DNA of 64,000 nt, taken from positions 288,001-352,000 of the forward strand of contig CAVXJS010000011.1 in NCBI GenBank assembly GCA_963762145.1, in the 5' to 3' direction. Shown here piece by piece: positions 57,892-64,000 of this stretch (its first letter is position 1; every line of letters begins with the position of its first letter). Both the position numbers and the translations under genes were made by a program. The DNA is from an uncultured Candidatus Rokubacteria bacterium. Its GTDB lineage: Bacteria > Methylomirabilota > Methylomirabilia > Rokubacteriales > CSP1-6. The notes below the pieces were generated by a model, which did not search any database, was not told the origin of the DNA, and was given only the letters and a program-made list of their open reading frames with translations.

Positions 57892-58416
57892 CTACTTGGA
57901 TCGGGTAGGCGCCTTGGGCGCGGGCGCCTTCGGGCCGGGCGGGCGCTTGACGAGCGGGTCGAGGGCTCGTGCGAGGCGCGCCTCGTCGCTCCGGCCGTGG
58001 ATCTTGGCCGCGATCTCCCCGCGCTTGTTGATGACCACGGTGTAGGGAGTGCCCCGGAAGCCGAAGCGGTTGGCGATCTTCAGGCGCGGATCGAGGCCGG
58101 CGGGGTAGCTCGCCTTGTTGGCCTCGAGGAAGTGGCGCGCGTCGGCCTCGGTGTCCTGGACCTGCACGCTCACCAGCTCGACCCCGCTCGGGCGGTACTT
58201 CCGGTAGACGCGCTCGATCATCTCCGCTTCCTCGTTGCACACCTTGCACCACGAGGCCTGGAAGCGCACCACCAGCACGTGCTTGCCGATGTGCGCGCGC
58301 GAATCGAAGTGCCCGGAGCCGTCGAGCAGCGTGACGGTGAACGCGGGGGCCGAGGGCGCGGCCGTCGCGAGCGCGGGCGCGAGGAGGAGCGCGCCCAGCG
58401 TGAGGGCCAGGCGCAT
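57892..58416 (-). CDS. TlpA/redoxin family thiol-disulfide protein
   Basis: Signal peptide; APAFT, FQASWCKVC, GTPYTVVINKRG. Confidence 0.85.
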   Translation of the reverse strand: MRLALTLGALLLAPALATAAPSAPAFTVTLLDGSGHFDSRAHIGKHVLVVRFQASWCKVCNEEAEMIERVYRKYRPSGVELVSVQVQDTEADARHFLEANKASYPAGLDPRLKIANRFGFRGTPYTVVINKRGEIAAKIHGRSDEARLARALDPLVKRPPGPKAPAPKAPTRSK

Positions 58417-58862
58417 CAGACCGGTCCGAAGCCCGGCTTGGGCGCGGGCGGCGGGCTGGGCCGGCGGAACGCGGACTTCGCGTCGAGCATCTGCTTGATC
58501 GTGTTCACCAGCTCGCTCGCCTTGAACGGCTTCGGGATCAGCGGCCGCCCGGAGCCCTTGACCGCGGCGGTGGAGAAGCCCGACATGAGCACGATCTTCG
58601 TGCTCGGGCTGGTGGCCTCGACGCGCTTGGCCAGCTCGATGCCGTTCATGATCGGCATCACCACGTCGGTGAGCAGCAAGTGAATCGGCTGGGCCTCGGC
58701 GATGCGGCGCGCCGCGGCGGGATCGCCGGTGTCGATGACGTTGTACCCGTGCAGGGTGAGGATCTCGCGGACGAGGGCGCGTACCTCCGGCTCATCGTCC
58801 ACGACGAGAATCGTCTGTCGCGCGTCCTCGCTAGGCTCGGGCACCGTTGTCTCTCCCCGCAT
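58416..58862 (-). CDS. Stand-alone response regulator receiver
   Basis: [27 protein letters not shown]. Confidence 0.88.
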   Translation of the reverse strand: MRGETTVPEPSEDARQTILVVDDEPEVRALVREILTLHGYNVIDTGDPAAARRIAEAQPIHLLLTDVVMPIMNGIELAKRVEATSPSTKIVLMSGFSTAAVKGSGRPLIPKPFKASELVNTIKQMLDAKSAFRRPSPPPAPKPGFGPV

Positions 58863-59045
58863 GGGCCTTTGGCTGCAGGCGAAATGCCAGGGCGCACCGA
58901 TTGTAACCTACGGTTTTTGCGAGAGCCGCCGACCTTTCGCGGGCGGCCGATCGCGTAACTTTTTCCGCAACGCCGGTCATCCGGCACGCCCGGACGTCGT
59001 CGAATCTCGGCCGGTGATTCGCGGCTCGGCTGCTAGAGTTTGCGC

Positions 59046-59648
59046 ATGCGGTCAACCGCCGGATCGCGCCCCGTGGCCAGCAAGCGCCCGCTCAAGAGGT
59101 ACCTGACGACCGGTAAAGTCGGTGAAATGCTTGAAGTTTCGCCGGCCGCCATCAAGAAGTGGATCCAGCAGGGCAAGCTGGCCGCGTTCCGGACCCCGGG
59201 TGGACACTTCCGCATCCTGGCGGACGAGTTCGAGCGCTTCCAGAAGACCCACGGTTTCGGGACGGGCGCCGGTGAGCCGCTGCGCGTGCTCGTGGTGGAC
59301 GATCAGGCCGACGTCGAGGTGCTCGTGGCCTCCCTCCGCGCCTCGCATCCCCGGGCGCAGCTGGAAACCGCGGCGAACGGCTTCGAGGGGCTGCTCAAGG
59401 TCGGCACGTTCCGTCCCGACGTGCTGCTCCTCGACCTCGGCCTGCCGGGCATGGACGGCTTCGAGGTCTGTCGCCAGATCAAGCGCGATCCGGTCATTCG
59501 CGACACGAAGGTCGTGGTGATGGCCGCCCGCTTGCTCGACGCGGAGCCGCGGGCGATGGACGCGGGCGCCGACGGGTTCCTCTCCAAGCCCTTCGAGGCC
59601 GCCACCGTCGACGGGCTCCTGCGCCGCCTGCTCGCCGCGCGCGGTTGA
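59046..59648 (+). CDS. Response regulator with N-terminal excisionase-type HTH
   Basis: YLTTGKVGEMLEVS...RTPGGHFRI followed by a REC domain (LLLDLGLPGMDG). Confidence 0.88.
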   Translation: MRSTAGSRPVASKRPLKRYLTTGKVGEMLEVSPAAIKKWIQQGKLAAFRTPGGHFRILADEFERFQKTHGFGTGAGEPLRVLVVDDQADVEVLVASLRASHPRAQLETAANGFEGLLKVGTFRPDVLLLDLGLPGMDGFEVCRQIKRDPVIRDTKVVVMAARLLDAEPRAMDAGADGFLSKPFEAATVDGLLRRLLAARG

Positions 59649-59718
59649 GCGCGGTGCCCTCGCGCCGCGAGCCGCGCTCGATTGCGGGCTCGTTCGGGCG
59701 CGTGCCATAATCCCGACC

Positions 59719-62609
59719 ATGAGCGATCTCGAGCACGAGCTGCGCCGCGCGCGTCGAGGGCGACGTCCGCTTCGACCGCTACTCGCGCCTGCTGTACTCG
59801 ACGGACGCCTCGATGTACCAGATGGAGCCGATGGGCGTGGTGGTTCCGCGCCACGCCGGCGACGTGCAGGCGGTCGATCGAGGTCGCCAACCGCTCGAGC
59901 GCGCCGGTCCTGCCGCGGGGCGGCGGCACCTCGCTGACCGGCCAGACGGTCAACCACGCGGTCGTCCTCGACTTCTCGCGCCACATGAACCGGGTCCTCG
60001 AGGTGAACGAGGAGGAGCTGTGGGCGCGGGTGCAGCCCGGGCTGGTGCAGGACGAGCTGAACCACCACGTGCGGCCGCTCGGGCTGCTCTTCGGGCCCGA
60101 CACCTCCACCTCGAACCGCGCCACCATCGGCGGCATGCTCGGCAACAACTCCGGGCGGCTCGCACTCGATCGCCTACGGCCTCACCGTCGAGCACGTGAT
60201 CGAGATGACCACGATCCTCGCCGACGGCAGCCGCGCGGTCTTCGGCGAGGTGACGCCCGAGCAGTTCAAGGCCAAGATGCGCGCTGCCCGGGCTGGAAGG
60301 GCAGATCTACCGCGAGATCGACGCGGATCCGCGACGCAGTACGACGACCGAGATCCGGCGCGGTATCCGCAGCACTGGCGCCGCGTCTGCGGCTACAACC
60401 TGGACGAGCTGGTGCAAGGACCGGCCGCTCAACATGGCGCGCGCTCATCGTGGGCTCGGAGGGCACGCTCCTCACCGTGGTCGAGGCGAAGATGCGCCTC
60501 GTGCAGCAGGCCCAAGGAGACCGCGGTCGACGTGATCCACTACCACGACATGCAGGAGGCGCTCGAGTCCTCGCAGGCCATCCTCGAGACCGGGCCCTAC
60601 GCCGTCGAGCTCACCGACAAGATGATCCTCGACCTCGCCCGCGCGAACATCGAGCAGGCGCAGCGCATGGGATTCGTGCAGGGCGATCCCGCGGCGATCC
60701 TGATCGTGGAGTACGCGGGGGACACCGACGCAGGAGGTCAAGGCCAAGGTCGAGGCCCTCGAGGCGCGGCGGGCGCGCGGACGCTTCGGCTACGCCTCGC
60801 ACATCGCCTACGACCCGGGCGAGCAGCAGTCGATCTGGAAGCTCCGCAAGGCCGGCCTCGGCCTGCTGTTCGGGCGTGCAGCGGCGAGGCCAAGCCGATC
60901 GCGTTCATCGAGGACACCGCGGTCGACCCGAAGCACCTGCCCGAGTTCGTGCCGCGCTTCCGCGAGATCATGGCCAAGCACGGGGCGCGACGGCGCCTAC
61001 TACGGCCACTGCTCGGTGGGGTGCCTGCACATCCGCCCGCTGATCAATCTGAAGACCGAGCGCGGCCTCGAGCAGGTCCGGGCCATGGCCGAGGAGATCT
61101 TCGACCTCGTGCTCGAGTTCGGCGGCGCCATCTCGAGCGAGCACGGCGACGGCCGCGCGCGGAGCCCGTTCCTCGAGCGGGTGTTCGGCCCGACGATGTT
61201 CCAGGCGTTCACGCGAGTCGAAGGCCGCGTTCGATCCGCAAGAACCTGATGAACCCCGGCAACATCGTGGCGCAGCCCGGGCGTCACCGAGCACCTCCGC
61301 TACGGCGCCGAGTACAAGACGTGGGAGCCGAAGACGCTGCTCGACTTCTCGGCGCAGGGCGGCTTCGCGGCGGCCGTCGAGATGTGCAACGGCGTCGGCG
61401 TGTGCCGCAAGAAGCTCGAGGGCACGATGTGCCCGTCGTACATGGCCACGCGCGACGAGGAGCACTCCACGCGCGGGCGCGCCAACGCGCTGCGCGCCGT
61501 GCTGTCCGGCCAGGTGCCGGCGGCCGACTTCGCGGGCAAGCGGCTCTACGAGGTGATGGATCTCTGCCTCGAGTGCAAGGGCTGCAAGGCGGAGTGCCCG
61601 TCCAACGTCGACATGGCCAAGATGAAGTACGAGTTCCTGCACCACTACCACGCAGGTCAACGGGCTGCCCCTGCGCAACCGGCTGTTCGGGCACATCGCG
61701 CGGCTCTCGTGGCTCGGCTCGCGGCCTGGCGCCGATCTCCAACTGGATCGCGCGCTCGCTGCCGAACCGCTGGCTGATGGAGCGCGTCGTCGGGCATCGA
61801 CCGGCGGCGGCCGCTGCCCGCCTTCGCGCGCGAGACGTTCACCGACTGGTTCGACCGGCGCCGACGCCCGCCGCGGCCGCCGCGGGGCGCGTGGTGCTCT
61901 TCCACGACACGTTCATCACCTACAACACGCCGGAGATCGGGCCGCGCCGCGGTGGAGCTGCTGGAGGCGGCGGGCTATCGCGTCCAGCTCGTGGACAAGA
62001 AGTGCTGCGGCCGGCCGATGATCTCCAAGGGCATGCTCGACGAGGCCAAGGCGCACGCGGAGTGGAACGTGGCGCGCCTGCTGCCGCTGGTCGCGCGCGG
62101 GCGCCGCCATCGTCGGGCTCGAGCCCTCCTGCCTGCTCACGCTGCGCGACGAGTAGCGTCGAGCTGGTGCGCACCGACGAGGCGCGCGCGGTTGCGCGCT
62201 CGAGCTTCCTCCTGGAGGAGTTCCTGCTGCGCGAGCGGGCGCGCGGCCTGACGCTGCCCGTGGAAGAACGGCGGCGCGCCGCGGCGCGCGCTGCTCCACG
62301 GCCACTGCCACCAGAAGGCGATGGTCGGCACCGCGCCCGACCGTGGCCGCGCTCCGGTGGGCGGGCTACGAGGTGAGCGAGGTGGACTCCGGCTGCTGCG
62401 GCATGGCGGGCTCGTTCGGCTTCGAGCGCGAGCACTACGACATCTCGGTGACGCTCGGCAACCGGCGGCTCGCGCCCGCGGTGAAGGCGGCGACCGCCGA
62501 GACCGAGATCGTGGCGCCCGGCATCTCGTGCCGCCAGCAGATCGAGCATCTGGCGGGCCGTCAGGCCAAGCACCCCGCCCAGATCCTGCGCGACGCGCTC
62601 CGCTCCTGA
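59719..62609 (+). CDS. FAD-linked oxidase with 4Fe-4S and CCG domains (YdiJ / GlcD-GlcF-type fusion), many frameshifts
   Basis: PRGGGTSLTGQ, ATIGGMLGNNS, SEHGDG, CNGVGVC, CLECKGCKAECP, CCGRP, CCGMAGSFG, SCRQQI. Confidence 0.85.
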
Positions 62610-62642
62610 GCCCGGCGTCCGCGGACGCCGGCCGCCCCGCCG

Positions 62643-63422
62643 ATGGACAACCTGACGCTCAAGCTCGTGGTGACGCCCGCGCTCATCGGGGCGGCCACGC
62701 TCGCGGGCCGGCGCTGGGGCCAGTCCATCGGCGGCTGGCTGGTGGGCCTGCCGCTCACCACCGGCCCGGTCGCCTTCTTCATCGCGCTCGATCACGGAGA
62801 AGCCTTCGCGGCGGCCGCGGTGGTGGGCTCGCTGGCGGGCGCCGTCGCGGAGGTCGCCTTCAGCCTGGCGTACGGCTGGAGCGCGCTCCGGTGCCGGTGG
62901 CCGGCGGCCCTGCTGGCCGGCACCGCCGCGTACGCGGCCGTCGCGGCGCTCGTGCAGGGGCTGGCGCTCGGCGCCTTCGCGCTCTTCGTCCTGGTCGTCG
63001 TCGCCCTGGCGGTGTCGCTCCGGTTGATGCCGCGAGGCGCCGCCGGGGGCGCCGCGGTGGTGGCCCCGCGCTGGGACCTGCCGGCGCGCATGGTGCTGGC
63101 CACCACCGTGGTGCTGGTCCTGACCGCGCTCGCGCCGCGGCTCGGCGCCCAGTGGAGCGGACTGCTCGCGACCTATCCGCTCTTCGCGGCTATCCTGACC
63201 GCCTTCGGCCACCGGTTGCAGGGCGCGGGCGCGGCGATCGGGGTGCTGCGTGGCCTGCTCTTCGGGCTGTTCTCGTTCGCGGGGTTCTGCCTCGTCCTGG
63301 CCCTGGGCCTCGTTCCGCTCGGCATCGCAGGCGCGTTCGCCGCCGCGATCGCGGTCGCCCTCCTGGCGCAGGGGGTCTCGCTCTGGCGGCTGCGGGCGCC
63401 GCGTGGCCCCGGACCCTCTTGA
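62643..63422 (+). CDS. Hypothetical multi-pass membrane protein
   Basis: 259 aa, highly hydrophobic, internal duplication (RRWG..IGGWLVGLP / RLG..WSGLLATYP). Confidence 0.75.
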   Translation: MDNLTLKLVVTPALIGAATLAGRRWGQSIGGWLVGLPLTTGPVAFFIALDHGEAFAAAAVVGSLAGAVAEVAFSLAYGWSALRCRWPAALLAGTAAYAAVAALVQGLALGAFALFVLVVVALAVSLRLMPRGAAGGAAVVAPRWDLPARMVLATTVVLVLTALAPRLGAQWSGLLATYPLFAAILTAFGHRLQGAGAAIGVLRGLLFGLFSFAGFCLVLALGLVPLGIAGAFAAAIAVALLAQGVSLWRLRAPRGPGPS

Positions 63423-63492
63423 CTCCGCCGCGTCGCCACGCCTAGATAGTCCCGGCATCACTCGCCTCGCACCCGACCAAGGAGACTCGCGC

Positions 63493-64000
63493 ATGAGAGC
63501 GTCCCTCTACGAAGGCTCCCGGACTTTTCGCACCGTGCCCGCGACGCGCCCGGCGCGCGCCCAGGACCAGGCGCTGCTCCGCGTGCTGCGCGCGGGCATC
63601 TGCGGCACCGACCTGCACATCTTCCAGGGGCATCTCGATCACCGCATCCCGAAGGGCGGCATCATCGGGCACGAGACCTTCGCGGAGGTGGTGGAGGCGC
63701 CGGCGGCGAGCGGGTTCGGTCCGGGAGATCGGGTAGTCGTCGAGCCGATCCGCGCCTGCGGGGAGTGCCGGGCCTGCAAGATGGGCGGCTACTACCTGTG
63801 CTACGAGCTCAAGATCTCGGCGTGGAGCTGCCGGGCGGCATGCAGGACTACTGGGCGGTGGAGGCCAAGCGCATGCTCCACGTGCCCGCCTCGCTCGCGG
63901 ACGACCAGGCCGCGATGATCGAGCCGCTCGCGGTGGCGACGCACGACGTGCGCCGGGCGGCGGTCAAGTCGGGCGACACCGTGCTGGTGCTGGGCGGCGG
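63493..64000 (+). CDS. Zn-dependent dehydrogenase (sorbitol/threonine DH-like), partial at window edge, frameshift near 63820
   Basis: GICGTDLH, GHE, CGECRAC, IEPLAVA. Confidence 0.85.

Noticed and set aside
59046-59260. Excisionase-like HTH as the island's Xis
   Set aside because: It is fused to a receiver domain, a common regulator architecture, and lies 28 kb outside the island.
59750-62350. Fragmented FAD/Fe-S oxidase as several small genes
   Set aside because: The pieces are collinear parts of one known multidomain protein broken by single-base indels.

Overview
High-GC bacterial chromosome segment. The expanded 'MDRRxF...RADQVIE' substrate-binding proteins and the zinc-ribbon/cyclase/ATPase/TPR protein suggest Ca. 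Rokubacteria (Methylomirabilota); this is an inference. Most of the window is metabolic and transport genes: a peptide-type ABC system, MFS transporters, a form II CoxL-like molybdoprotein, acyl-CoA enzymes, an iron operon (bfd-bfr-hemP-exbBD-cytc/FTR1), a methanethiol-oxidase-like protein with SCO, a halohydrin dehalogenase, a Ski2/HelY helicase, GGT and a FAD/Fe-S oxidase. The main structural result is a haloalkane dehalogenase gene split by a ~14.1 kb island (16825-30970) bounded by an 8-bp direct repeat CTTCATCC. Removing the island restores an in-frame 295-aa enzyme. No integrase was found in the island. It carries arm-site-like repeats at its right end, a complete IS481, a sigma54 receiver/PilZ module and an array of substrate-binding-protein genes and 3'-end fragments interleaved with cargo genes. 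Other notable items are an MtoX homologue with the TTQ-forming Trp replaced by Arg and no mauG, a DtxR-type operator, an HPRE-like element behind hemP and many apparently leaderless promoters. Dense frameshifts at ~35.1-36.4, 47.1-50.4 and 59.7-62.4 kb look like sequencing errors. No tRNA, rRNA or CRISPR array was seen.
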